Source of the DNA: a virus
Reading direction: 5' to 3' (one strand)
IMG/VR virus record: IMGVR_UViG_3300043313_002348
Coordinates: 18,915-82,914 of that record
DNA: 64,000 bases
The translations under genes and the position numbers were made by a program. Each line of letters opens with the position of its first letter. Within the stretch, counting starts at the first letter, position 1. The notes beneath the pieces were generated by a model. It saw only the letters and a program-made list of their open reading frames with translations, was not told the origin of the DNA and did not search any database. Shown here in pieces: positions 9,590-19,119 of this stretch.

Positions 9590-10521
9590 TGTCGTTTCTG
9601 AACATGTCGGTCACACTCGACGACAACCGCCGCGGTTACCGTAAGCTTGTGAAGATGCTTCTCCGCGACGGGGACGAGGTCGAGGTCCGCGGGTTGAAGA
9701 CCCGTGAACTTCTCGGACTAACCGTCTTCTTTCCCAACCCAAGAGGACCACTTCTACCGATCGGCGTCGGGCGCAAGGTGAACACCGCGCTCGCCGCGGT
9801 CGAGACCCTGAGCATGCTCGGCGGGGTGTCGCGACCCGATCTCGTGACGAAGGCAGCTCCGACGTACCGCGACGTTCTCGTGAATCCCGACGACCTCGAC
9901 TACGGGGCTTACGGTCTCCGTGTCGAGACCCAGTTCGTGGAGGTGGCGCGCCAGTTGGCGACCACCCGGGATCCGATGAGTCGCCGCGCCGTGATGACGA
10001 TCTGGCGTCCCGAAGATCTCACGCACGACGGCGACCGACCGTGCACACTGTCAGTGCAGTTCATTCGAAGATCAAACCGGTTCGACGCGCGAAGTCCCGA
10101 CGAGCTTCACATGATCGTGACGATGCGGTCGCAGGACGTGTGGTTCGGCGCGGCGTACGACATGTTCCTCTTCGGTCAACTTCGCGACACCCTCGCCCGG
10201 ATCGTCGACTGCACGCCCGGTTGGTACGCGCACCAGGTCGGCTCGTTTCACCTCTACGAGCGTGACTACGAGAAGGCCGAGAAGCTCGTGAGCGCGGGCA
10301 ATCACGAGTTCATTAGACATCATGGACAGCTACCGCGAGGAATCACAATCGGTGATCTACCCCGTGAACACCTCAGCCCGGTCGGCGCGCAGCGCGTCGC
10401 ACGCGCGCTGCTCGGCGAGACGCACAAGACGTGGGTGACGCGCGCGTTAGCGGCAAGTCGAAACCCGTGGTACCAGCAGGCACTCGCGAAGATCTTACCC
10501 GTCGAGGTAGGTATCGCGTGA
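9589..10521 (+). CDS. thymidylate synthase-family protein, probably dCMP hydroxymethylase-like
   Basis: YGAYG, SRRAV, PCTLSVQF, MRSQDVWFGAAYD, GSFHLYE; Asp at the site where ThyA has Asn; start overlaps the upstream stop (TGATG). Confidence 0.85.
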   Translation: MSFLNMSVTLDDNRRGYRKLVKMLLRDGDEVEVRGLKTRELLGLTVFFPNPRGPLLPIGVGRKVNTALAAVETLSMLGGVSRPDLVTKAAPTYRDVLVNPDDLDYGAYGLRVETQFVEVARQLATTRDPMSRRAVMTIWRPEDLTHDGDRPCTLSVQFIRRSNRFDARSPDELHMIVTMRSQDVWFGAAYDMFLFGQLRDTLARIVDCTPGWYAHQVGSFHLYERDYEKAEKLVSAGNHEFIRHHGQLPRGITIGDLPREHLSPVGAQRVARALLGETHKTWVTRALAASRNPWYQQALAKILPVEVGIA

Positions 10522-10979
10522 CCGTCGCGCACCGGCCGTCGATGGAGGCCGTGCTGCTCGCCTGCGCGTACGCGATGTCCCGCCGGTCCACGTGTCCTAA
10601 CCTGCAGGTCGGCGTCGTGATCGCGCTTGACCTCCGGATCATGAGCACGGGCTACAACGGCGCGCCTCGAGGCCTCCAGCACTGCACGCACCCGTCGCGC
10701 GTCGACGTACCGGACCAACCTCCCTGCGTGACTACCGTGCACGCGGAGGCGAACGCGGTGGCGTTCGCGGCGCGCGAGGGTATCAACCTCGGAGGTGCGA
10801 CGGTCTTCGGAACCCACTCACCCTGCCGTACCTGCGCGCAGCTTCTCGTCGGCACCGGGGTGGTCCGCTACGTCGCACTTGACCGCTATCACGACGGCAG
10901 TGGGATAGACGTACTCGAGGCAGCTAAAATCGAGTTTGAGGTACGACGTACGCCGGTCGCGGATCTTCTAGGAATGTAG
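10518..10979 (+). CDS. dCMP deaminase
   Basis: RSTC..VG, STGYNGAP, HAEANA, SPCRTC. Confidence 0.9.
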   Translation: MTVAHRPSMEAVLLACAYAMSRRSTCPNLQVGVVIALDLRIMSTGYNGAPRGLQHCTHPSRVDVPDQPPCVTTVHAEANAVAFAAREGINLGGATVFGTHSPCRTCAQLLVGTGVVRYVALDRYHDGSGIDVLEAAKIEFEVRRTPVADLLGM

Positions 10980-10983
10980 GTCG

Positions 10984-12846
10984 ATGACAGCCCAACTTCT
11001 CGAGGTTGTTGAGCATCCTCCGGGACTCGCCGACGTCAAGCTTCACCTCGTGGAAAACACGTCGGATGTGTTCGACTTCTGGCGGTGGCTCTCGGAGCAG
11101 AGTGAGGTCTGCCTCGACACCGAGACGACCGGTCTTAGCATTGAACGTGATCACGTTCGCCTCGTGCAGTTCGGTAACGAGGTCGAGGGTTGGGCGATCC
11201 CAATGGAGTTGTGGTCGGGTCTCGTCCGCGACGCGGTCGCGAGGTACGCCGGCTGGTACAACCTACACAACGCGCCCTTTGATGTCGGCATGCTTGATAA
11301 ACACGGGATTCACGTGCCGATTCACAAGACGACCGACACCCGACTTCGCGCCCACACCCTGTGGTCCACCGGCTCGTTGGCGCTTAAGAAGCTCGGCGTG
11401 CAGCACGTCGATCCCGCGGCGGCGGTCGGGCAGGAGATCCTCGAGGACGCGATGCGTCGGAACGGGTGGACGTGGGCGACCGTACCGTGGAACTTCGAAC
11501 CCTACTGGGCTTACGGCGCGCTCGACACGGTGATTACACGGCGTCTCGAAAGAAAACTTAAACCACTGGTCGACGCCGACGCGCCCGCTGCCTACGAGCT
11601 TGAGCACGCGGTGCAGTGGGTGACCATGAAGATGGAGCGTCGCGGCACACCCGTGGATCTCGAGTACGTGCGAACTCTTGCGACGGAGATGAGGCAGTAC
11701 GTCGCGCAGGTGGAGGAGTGGTGTCAACAGGTCTACGGCGTCAAACCCGGTTCCAACGACAAGATCGTGGAGATCCTCCGGCGCGACGGCGTCAACCTCG
11801 TGAAGCGAACACCGAACGGCTCAAAGCTCGCGCTGGACGCGGAGGTGTTGAGTCGGGTGATGGAGGAGACGGGTCACCCACTCGCCGGCGCGGTCTTGGG
11901 TCGACGTAAGGCCGACAAGGCCGTGGGTACGTACCTCGACAACTACCTGCAGCTCACCGACGCCGACGGTCTCATTCACCCGTCGATCAACACGGTGGGT
12001 GGTACCGATCAGAACATGTTCGAGCCAGGTGGTGGTCAGGGGGTTCGCACCGGACGCATGTCGATGTCGGATCCTAATCTGCAGAACGTACCGACTCGCA
12101 CCGTCATGGGTGATCGGATCCGCAACAGCTTCAAGGCTCGCGAAGGTTACAGGTGGTTGAAGGCGGACTTCTCGCAGATCGAGATGCGCGTCATTGGCTT
12201 TCTCGCGAACGGGTACGATCAGTCTCTCCTCAACGCGTTTCTCACACCAGGTGACTTCTTCGTCAACATGGGCCGTGAGATCTTCGAAGATCCTAAATTC
12301 GCGAAGTCAGATCCTCGACGACAATATGTGAAGAACGGCGGGTACGCCCGCGCGTACGGTTCGGGAATCCGGAAGTTCGCCTTGACGGTTGGCACGGACG
12401 AGGAGACCGCCGCCGCGTTCCTACAGCGCTTCGACGCGACGTACCCGGGTATCAAGGCGATGCAGCGCGCCACCGAGCGTCAAGCCCGGGAGAACCTGGC
12501 GAACGAGGGAGTCGCGTACGTTCGATCTCATATCACCGGACGTAAGCACACGAGTGACGAGTCGAACCTCTACAAGATCGTGAACTACCTTGTGCAGGGT
12601 ACCGCGGGTGAGCTACTGAAGATCAAGATTCTCGAGGCGGACGCCGCGGGACTTGATCCGTACATGCTCTTTCCGGTGCACGACGAGCTTGACCTCGAGG
12701 TTCCTGAGCAAGAGTTCACGGAGGTGTTTCACACACTTCACGGAATCATGAACGACGATAAGATCTTAGCACCTGTGCCGGTCACCGCGTCGATCTCGGC
12801 GGGGGAGCGGTGGGGTTCACTTGAAGATGTGAGGTTAGCGGCGTAA
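10984..12846 (+). CDS. polA: DNA polymerase, family A, with 3'-5' exonuclease
   Basis: DTETTG, HNAPFD, YGALD, TGRMS..PNLQN, DFSQIEMR, KNGGYARAYG, QGTA, VHDEL. Confidence 0.95.
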   Translation: MTAQLLEVVEHPPGLADVKLHLVENTSDVFDFWRWLSEQSEVCLDTETTGLSIERDHVRLVQFGNEVEGWAIPMELWSGLVRDAVARYAGWYNLHNAPFDVGMLDKHGIHVPIHKTTDTRLRAHTLWSTGSLALKKLGVQHVDPAAAVGQEILEDAMRRNGWTWATVPWNFEPYWAYGALDTVITRRLERKLKPLVDADAPAAYELEHAVQWVTMKMERRGTPVDLEYVRTLATEMRQYVAQVEEWCQQVYGVKPGSNDKIVEILRRDGVNLVKRTPNGSKLALDAEVLSRVMEETGHPLAGAVLGRRKADKAVGTYLDNYLQLTDADGLIHPSINTVGGTDQNMFEPGGGQGVRTGRMSMSDPNLQNVPTRTVMGDRIRNSFKAREGYRWLKADFSQIEMRVIGFLANGYDQSLLNAFLTPGDFFVNMGREIFEDPKFAKSDPRRQYVKNGGYARAYGSGIRKFALTVGTDEETAAAFLQRFDATYPGIKAMQRATERQARENLANEGVAYVRSHITGRKHTSDESNLYKIVNYLVQGTAGELLKIKILEADAAGLDPYMLFPVHDELDLEVPEQEFTEVFHTLHGIMNDDKILAPVPVTASISAGERWGSLEDVRLAA

Positions 12847-12873
12847 GATCTTGCCACTGCGAGTGAAAGAGAC

Positions 12874-13317
12874 GTGAAAGAGATGGCCAACCGAAGACCT
12901 GCGCGAAAGACGACGCAGGTTCGACGACACGTTCGGAAGTTGAAGTCAGGTAAGCACGTCGTGGTCCGGCAGCACGTCCGCCAAGACGTCGTCGGACAGA
13001 AGCTCACGAGCGCGCTCAACAGATCTCACCGCACTCCCGCACCGTACCGTTACATCGCGAACCGGAAACGTGCGTGGCAGCGCGTACGCCGGTCCGCGCG
13101 GCACTTCGGTCGACGACGTAAGACCGCAGGTCTCATGCTCGCGGTCGGCGCGTTGGTCGAGTTCATCATGTGGCTCCTCCTGCGGGGTACCGGCGTGATC
13201 GTAGGCGCCTTGGTACTTATCTTAGGCACGGTAGCCGCGTTCGGCATCTCGCGTTCGACGTTCGACGCGCCGCGGTACGGCGGTAGTCACCGTAAGAAGG
13301 GTCGGTTTGACGAGTGA
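12874..13317 (+). CDS. basic membrane-associated hypothetical protein
   Basis: Arg-rich N-terminus (VRRHVR..VRQHVR) and two hydrophobic segments. Confidence 0.55.
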   Translation: MKEMANRRPARKTTQVRRHVRKLKSGKHVVVRQHVRQDVVGQKLTSALNRSHRTPAPYRYIANRKRAWQRVRRSARHFGRRRKTAGLMLAVGALVEFIMWLLLRGTGVIVGALVLILGTVAAFGISRSTFDAPRYGGSHRKKGRFDE

Positions 13318-13796
13318 CAGATCAGGTCTTTATCGTGGGCTGCGATCCAGGTACCAGCGCCGGCATCCGCATACTCGATCCCGACGGATACTCTCACCTT
13401 GCGTGGCAAGGTGCGTGGGAGAACGCCGGCACGATCGTTCGTGATTTTCTTCGCGATCTCTCTCACGCGGCGACCGCGGTGCTCGTGACCGAGCGTTTTA
13501 CCGTCGGCTCGCGAGGAAAAGTCATGACGCGGCAGACGATCCCGCAGGAGCTTAACGCGATACTTCGGGGGCTTACGCGGAACTTCGACGTTACGTATCT
13601 CGAGCAGGGACCGAGTGATGTGAAGAAGTTAGCGAACGACGCGCTTCTTCGTGACCTAGATCTCTACCTCACCGGTAAGATGATCGGTCAGGGTGACGCG
13701 AACGACGTGAACGACGCGACACGTCACGCCGTGTACTACCTCGCGACGAAGCGTGCTACCGTGTTCACTCAACGACTCGGAGTGCGAGTGAAGTGA
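13314..13796 (+). CDS. RuvC-like Holliday junction resolvase
   Basis: IVGCDPG, VTERF, PSDVKK, NDATRH. Confidence 0.75.
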   Translation: MTDQVFIVGCDPGTSAGIRILDPDGYSHLAWQGAWENAGTIVRDFLRDLSHAATAVLVTERFTVGSRGKVMTRQTIPQELNAILRGLTRNFDVTYLEQGPSDVKKLANDALLRDLDLYLTGKMIGQGDANDVNDATRHAVYYLATKRATVFTQRLGVRVK

Positions 13797-13849
13797 GGAC
13801 GCGCCGTACCTCGGCGTTACGATCGACGTAGCTGGAATCGACGTTAGGA

Positions 13850-14272
13850 ATGACGATGGGTTTTCCTCACTACTCCACAGACTGTGACGAGTATCACGAC
13901 GTGGTGTTCGATCATCCCGGGCATGCTGACGACGCCACGCAGCGACTCGTGTACGGGCTGAAGTACCGCGCCACCCTCTCGAGCGCGACGCTGCAGGCCC
14001 TCGACGCCGAGGCCGTGCGCGCACACCTCAAGCACGTTCAGCCTGAGCACGGCGGGGGCTCGATCTTCGATCCCGAGCTCCCGGTCCTTACGAAGCTCTC
14101 CGCGCTCGGTGAGGAGTTCGGTGAGGTCTGCCGGCTACTCACCTACGACGGCGGTCGCGTGTACAAGCTCGACGACCGGGAGCGACGGCAAGAGCTTATG
14201 AAGGAGCTGCTCCAGACCGCGAACGTCGCTCTCACGTGGTATCAGTCGCTCGCGGGCGACGAGGAGGACTGA
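13850..14272 (+). CDS. MazG-like nucleotide pyrophosphohydrolase
   Basis: LGEEFGEV...KELLQTANVALTW. Confidence 0.7.
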   Translation: MTMGFPHYSTDCDEYHDVVFDHPGHADDATQRLVYGLKYRATLSSATLQALDAEAVRAHLKHVQPEHGGGSIFDPELPVLTKLSALGEEFGEVCRLLTYDGGRVYKLDDRERRQELMKELLQTANVALTWYQSLAGDEED

Positions 14273-14275
14273 ACT

Positions 14276-14479
14276 GTGGGTGATGATCGCACAGAGGCTC
14301 AGGAGATCTTGGGCGAGGGTGTTCACACGGCGTTCCGCAAGGCAACAGACGCGCCTCAGGCAGCGAAGATCCACCAGCTCATTAACGAAATGGGCCCACT
14401 GGCCTGGGGTGAGTACGTTTCTTGGCTCGATGACGCGCTCTGTGTGATGGGATACAGTGCGATAGCCAAGGAGGACTAG
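14276..14479 (+). CDS. hypothetical protein
   Basis: Tightly packed in the operon; GAGGA RBS. Confidence 0.55.
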   Translation: MGDDRTEAQEILGEGVHTAFRKATDAPQAAKIHQLINEMGPLAWGEYVSWLDDALCVMGYSAIAKED

Positions 14480-14481
14480 CG

Positions 14482-16392
14482 GTGGCGGTAGCCCAGCTCG
14501 ACCCGGAGGCACCTGACAAGTTCATACTACTTGAGACGGGCTGGAGTGAGCAGGCGCTCGCCCGCCAGATCCCCGGGTCTCGCTGGGATACCACACGTAA
14601 GAGGTGGACGATTCCGCTTACCTGGAACGCCTGCCTCGCACTCCAGGGTATCATTCCGGGCGTGGACGTCCAACCCGACCTACTCACGTGGTCCGCGCGC
14701 GAGCGCACGACGCGCGTGGACGCGTGTCTCACCCTCCGTGACCTCATCGACTGGCCCGCGGACTGGAGCGATCCTGGCTTCAACCCGGATCTCTACCCGT
14801 ACCAGAAGGTGGTCAACTACATGGCCATCCTCGCGGGACGTTCGTTTATCTTCGGTGACGAGGTCGCGTGTGGTAAGGGTGTCCAAGTTTTGACCACTCT
14901 TCGTCTACTCTATCAACTCGGTCAGCCGGTCTTGCGTGGGATCATCGTCTGCCCGAACAGCGTGAAGCGTCACTGGTCGCGAGAGATTCCTCGGTGGTTC
15001 CCGGAGGCCGTTCCGTACGTGATCAGCGGTACGGCGAGGCAGCGTAAGGACACGATCGCGCTGGCGTCCGCGGATCCCAACTCGATCATGATCGTGAACT
15101 ACGAGGCGATGCGTCTACTGAGTCGACTCGCGCCGTACGGCTCGATCAAACTTAAGCGATGTCGCGACTGCGACCGCTACACGGGAGATGAGACACTTAC
15201 ACCCGCGCGCTGCGAGGTACACCCGAAGGTCTTCAACTCGATCCCATTCGTGACGTTTATCGTCGACGAGGCGCACCGGCTGAAGGATCCCGTGGCGAAG
15301 CAGACGCGCGCGTGCTGGGCTGTCGCCCACCAGTCGTCCGTGAAACGTGCCTGGGCGATGACCGGAACCGCCATCGCGCGGCACGTCGGTGACCTGTGGT
15401 CGATCCTGCACTGCGTCGACCCCGCGAAGTATCCCGTGAGATCGAAGTGGCTCGACCGCTACGCGCTCATGTCGTACGGCACTCACGGCGGGTTGGAGGT
15501 CATCGGCCTACGCCCCGACACGGCGGCCGAGTTCTACGCCTCCCTCTATCCTTCTTACCGTCGCATGACCGCCGCGCTGGTGGACGAGCAGCTCCCGCGG
15601 ATGATCTACGTTCCGCGTACCGTCGAGATGCCACCCGCGCAGCGTAAGCGTTACCACGAACTTGACACTAAGTTAAAGACGTACACCGAGGACGGTCAAC
15701 TCTTCATCGCACCTAACAACCTCGTGGCGAAGACGCGTCTCATGCAGCTCGCCGCTGGTAACGTGACCATCGAGCTACCACCCGGTAAGAATCCCGATGA
15801 CGTAAGTGACTGGGAGGTACACATCACCGAGCCGTCGCCGAAGCTCGACGAGCTTGCCCTTATTCACGAGGAACTCGACGGCGAGCCGTACGTGCTCGGC
15901 GGTATTCATAAGGAGTTACTCTACCTCGCCGCGAAGCGGTATGAGAAGCAAGGCGTTCGTTACATGATGGCGACGGGTGACCAGTCTGAGTACGAACGTG
16001 ATCAGGCGCTGCAGGCTCTCAACGCCGGTCGCATTCAAGTGTTGATCACGACGATCAGCGCGAGCAAGGAGGGCATTAACTTCGCCGAAGCTGTTACCAC
16101 TATGGTGAAGTTGCAGCGGTCGTGGTCACTTATCGAGGAGATCCAGTTCAACGGACGTCACGCTCCCGCGCGGCGCGTTGGCGAGGGTCGACTTCGGGCA
16201 TCACGTATCATCGACGTCATTACCGAGGGAACGTGCGAGGAAGCTCAGTTGGTACGATTGGCCCAGCGACGTGAGCAACTTGAGCAGATCAACCGCGACC
16301 GACTCGCGCTGGTGAAGCAGGGTCGCGACACGACCGCACTTGACGTGGCTTACCAAGACGTTCTCAACACCGACGTCGGCACTCCCACCTAG
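14482..16392 (+). CDS. SNF2-family helicase with divergent motifs
   Basis: LYPYQ, GDEVACGKG, VCPNSVK..W, VNYE, VDEAH, MTGT, EGINF. Confidence 0.85.
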   Translation: MAVAQLDPEAPDKFILLETGWSEQALARQIPGSRWDTTRKRWTIPLTWNACLALQGIIPGVDVQPDLLTWSARERTTRVDACLTLRDLIDWPADWSDPGFNPDLYPYQKVVNYMAILAGRSFIFGDEVACGKGVQVLTTLRLLYQLGQPVLRGIIVCPNSVKRHWSREIPRWFPEAVPYVISGTARQRKDTIALASADPNSIMIVNYEAMRLLSRLAPYGSIKLKRCRDCDRYTGDETLTPARCEVHPKVFNSIPFVTFIVDEAHRLKDPVAKQTRACWAVAHQSSVKRAWAMTGTAIARHVGDLWSILHCVDPAKYPVRSKWLDRYALMSYGTHGGLEVIGLRPDTAAEFYASLYPSYRRMTAALVDEQLPRMIYVPRTVEMPPAQRKRYHELDTKLKTYTEDGQLFIAPNNLVAKTRLMQLAAGNVTIELPPGKNPDDVSDWEVHITEPSPKLDELALIHEELDGEPYVLGGIHKELLYLAAKRYEKQGVRYMMATGDQSEYERDQALQALNAGRIQVLITTISASKEGINFAEAVTTMVKLQRSWSLIEEIQFNGRHAPARRVGEGRLRASRIIDVITEGTCEEAQLVRLAQRREQLEQINRDRLALVKQGRDTTALDVAYQDVLNTDVGTPT

Positions 16393-16408
16393 CGAGTAGG
16401 AAAATTAC

Positions 16409-16528
16409 ATGCCTGAGCGTTACCGCCCAAGTTGGGAAACACACTCCTTCGAGAGTGACATGTACGGTATGGCCATCGGCGTCGTGGTCCTCCTTCTCGC
16501 CCTAGCTGTGATCGTCTTCATCTTCTAA
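16409..16528 (+). CDS. small membrane protein (39 aa)
   Basis: Read by hand: MPERYRPSW...IGVVVLLLALAVIVFIF. Confidence 0.45.
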   Translation: MPERYRPSWETHSFESDMYGMAIGVVVLLLALAVIVFIF

Positions 16529-16539
16529 GAGGTGATGTA

Positions 16540-18240
16540 GTGCTTCCCGCAGGTCCGAACCAACTCACCGGCGCGTACGTCGCCGCGTTCCGTGAGCATC
16601 ACAAGATCTCACGTGACACGTGGGCCGAGAAGGTAGGCATCACCGGTGGTCCGCAGTGGCGGATCGAGAAGAAGAACACCTTCAAGGAGTCCGAGCGCGC
16701 CGTGACGTGGAGCGCCGTGGAGGCACTCGGCGGTCCGATCGAACTTGACGTGATCGGTGAGGTAGCGCCGACGAACTTCCGCGGCGGCGACGGCGCCACC
16801 GGTAGCGGTGAAAAGAAGAAGTCAACCCGGCGAAGTAGCCTACCGCAGGTCGACCTCACCACTCCCGTGGTCTGTATCTCACCCGAGTTCGTCCCTCCCG
16901 CGTTCACCAACGACCACGGTGCGCCGACCGACCCGGCCGACGAGGAGGAAGTCTCGCCGTCCTTCGTCGTCACGACGGAGACACTGCCGATCGCGGAACC
17001 CGCGAACGTCATACCACTCCCCGCCGGCTGGGAACACTTCTACCCACCTTCCGATCCCCGTCACTTACATAGGTTTCTCCGCAACGAGAACCGATGTCTG
17101 AACGCGACCTGCGCGGCGACCGCGACCGGGTTTGACTCGGTAGCGGATCCGGACGAGATCACTCCCGAGAAGATCAAGGAACTTATCCGGGTCGCCTCGG
17201 AAGTCGACACACCCTACGAGGGTCAAGTTCTCCCGGTGAAGGTCAGCGGTGACGTTCGCGCGCTGAGTAACTCCGAGATGGAGGACGCACGCAGGTGTCG
17301 CCGGCGGTGGTGGTTGAGCTGGTACCTCGGCCTGCGTGAGAAGAACGAAGATAAGTTCGGTCACATGGCCATCGGCGACCGGGTTCACCGCGCTCTCGCC
17401 GGCTGGTACGTGCCCGAGGGTCAGACACGCGTCGACCCGCGTGACGGTCTGGAACGTGCCATCGTCGAGGACTGGACCGTCGTCAACGCGTGGGCGAACG
17501 ACGCGGGTATGGACGCCGAGTACCTCGCGGGACTCGCCACACGCTACATGAAGGTGAACTCACTCGAGCGTGCCATGGTCGAAGGTTACGTGGAGTGGAT
17601 CGCGGAGACCGGCGCCGACTCTCAGCTCGTGATTACCGGGTCGGAGGTCGCGCTGGCCGCGCCGGTTCAAGTTCAGGTGAACGGTGAACCGGTACCGGTC
17701 GAGATCATCGGTAAGCTCGACGCGCGCTACCACCGACTTAGCGACGGTCGCCGCGGGTTCATGGATCACAAGACCGTCGGGAGTCTCAAGGAGCCACTGC
17801 TCACGCTCGTAGGTAACAACCAGATGTACCAGTACATCCTACTCGAGTTTTTGAACACTCCGGACGGCGAGCTCGCCTGCGACACCGCTCTCTACAACAT
17901 GCTTAGGCGTGTGAAGCGGACGGCGACGGCGAACCCACCCTTCTACGACCGGGTCGAGGTTCGTCACACCGTTCCTGAGCTTGAGTTCTACAAGACGGAG
18001 GTCGAGCAGGTCGCGACCGAGATCGTCGAGATGACCCGCAAGCTCGACGCCGGCGCCGACCCACTCAAGATCGCGTACCGCACGTGGCGTACCACGTGCA
18101 AGGACGACTGTCCACACTTCATGATCTGCCCGCTGTTCAACGACCGAGGTTCACGTGCCAACGACGCCCTCGCGGAGCGGTACGTGCAGACCGATCCGCT
18201 TAGGCGTTACGAAGGACTTGAGGTAGTTCGCCCGACGTAG
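16540..18240 (+). CDS. N-terminal HTH plus Cas4/RecB-like PD-(D/E)XK exonuclease
   Basis: SNSEM..RCRRRWW, GDRVH, GKLDAR, MDHKT, QMYQY, C-terminal CKDDCPHFMIC cluster. Confidence 0.8.
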   Translation: MLPAGPNQLTGAYVAAFREHHKISRDTWAEKVGITGGPQWRIEKKNTFKESERAVTWSAVEALGGPIELDVIGEVAPTNFRGGDGATGSGEKKKSTRRSSLPQVDLTTPVVCISPEFVPPAFTNDHGAPTDPADEEEVSPSFVVTTETLPIAEPANVIPLPAGWEHFYPPSDPRHLHRFLRNENRCLNATCAATATGFDSVADPDEITPEKIKELIRVASEVDTPYEGQVLPVKVSGDVRALSNSEMEDARRCRRRWWLSWYLGLREKNEDKFGHMAIGDRVHRALAGWYVPEGQTRVDPRDGLERAIVEDWTVVNAWANDAGMDAEYLAGLATRYMKVNSLERAMVEGYVEWIAETGADSQLVITGSEVALAAPVQVQVNGEPVPVEIIGKLDARYHRLSDGRRGFMDHKTVGSLKEPLLTLVGNNQMYQYILLEFLNTPDGELACDTALYNMLRRVKRTATANPPFYDRVEVRHTVPELEFYKTEVEQVATEIVEMTRKLDAGADPLKIAYRTWRTTCKDDCPHFMICPLFNDRGSRANDALAERYVQTDPLRRYEGLEVVRPT

Positions 18241-18322
18241 CTCACGACATTCGCGTAGGTTCGCGTCGGTGATCTAGTAAGATGTAACTGAAGTTGCCGA
18301 GAAAAGTGGAAGTGAGGAACCT

Positions 18323-19105
18323 GTGACAGCAGGTACCGCGCAGCTACCACCTCAACCTACGTTCGGGGTGGACCAACGTCTCTCGGTGCTCGTTCACGCG
18401 GGGGCGAAGGTGGGAAAGTCGACGTTCTCGGCGACCGCACCTGGACCTATGCTCGTGCTCGACGCCGAGGGATCGTGGCGGTTTATCCCGCTTCGAAAGT
18501 TCTACTGGGATCCCATGAGTGGTCCGCCGCCGCAAGACGACAGTACGTGGGACGTGTGCGTGGTGACGGTCCGCACCTGGGAGGTGGTGCAGCGGACGTA
18601 CGTGTGGTTGACGCAGTACATCACGCCGTTCGTCAGTGTGATCATTGACTCGATCACCGAGATTCAGCGCCGGTGCCGCGAGAACCTGGTCGGCACAGAC
18701 GCGATGAAGATGCAAGACTGGGGCGTGCTGCTCGCGCGCATGGACAACGTGATTCGCGGGTTCCGCGACCTGACCCTCTACCCGCAACTTAACATCCGCT
18801 GCGTGGTGTTTGTCGCCGAGACCCGCATGATCGACGGCAAGTATAAGCCGTCTATGCAGGGTCAGATCGGCGTCAGTCTTCCGTACTGGGTGGACATCTG
18901 CGGCTACCTCATGCCCTTCCAACTCCCGGACGGCAACGGTCAGTCGACGGTCGAGGCGCGTCAACTGATCATTGTGCCGAACCCGATGTACGAGGCAGGT
19001 GAGCGCGTCCAGGGTAAACTCCCACCGGCGATCCTCGTCCCGCGACCTGATCCGCAGCGGGTAGGAACCACGATCACAGAAATGATGACAGCACTCTACA
19101 GCTAA
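18323..19105 (+). CDS. AAA_24/Sak4-like ATPase (recombination or annealing)
   Basis: AGAKVGKST, LDAEG, IIDSITE, QDWG. Confidence 0.8.
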   Translation: MTAGTAQLPPQPTFGVDQRLSVLVHAGAKVGKSTFSATAPGPMLVLDAEGSWRFIPLRKFYWDPMSGPPPQDDSTWDVCVVTVRTWEVVQRTYVWLTQYITPFVSVIIDSITEIQRRCRENLVGTDAMKMQDWGVLLARMDNVIRGFRDLTLYPQLNIRCVVFVAETRMIDGKYKPSMQGQIGVSLPYWVDICGYLMPFQLPDGNGQSTVEARQLIIVPNPMYEAGERVQGKLPPAILVPRPDPQRVGTTITEMMTALYS

Positions 19106-19119
19106 AGGAGTTAGCCCAC

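Noticed and set aside
16540-18240. Cas4 as evidence of CRISPR adaptation
   Set aside because: Stand-alone Cas4/RecB-like nucleases are common in phage recombination modules, here next to Sak4-like and SSB-like genes.
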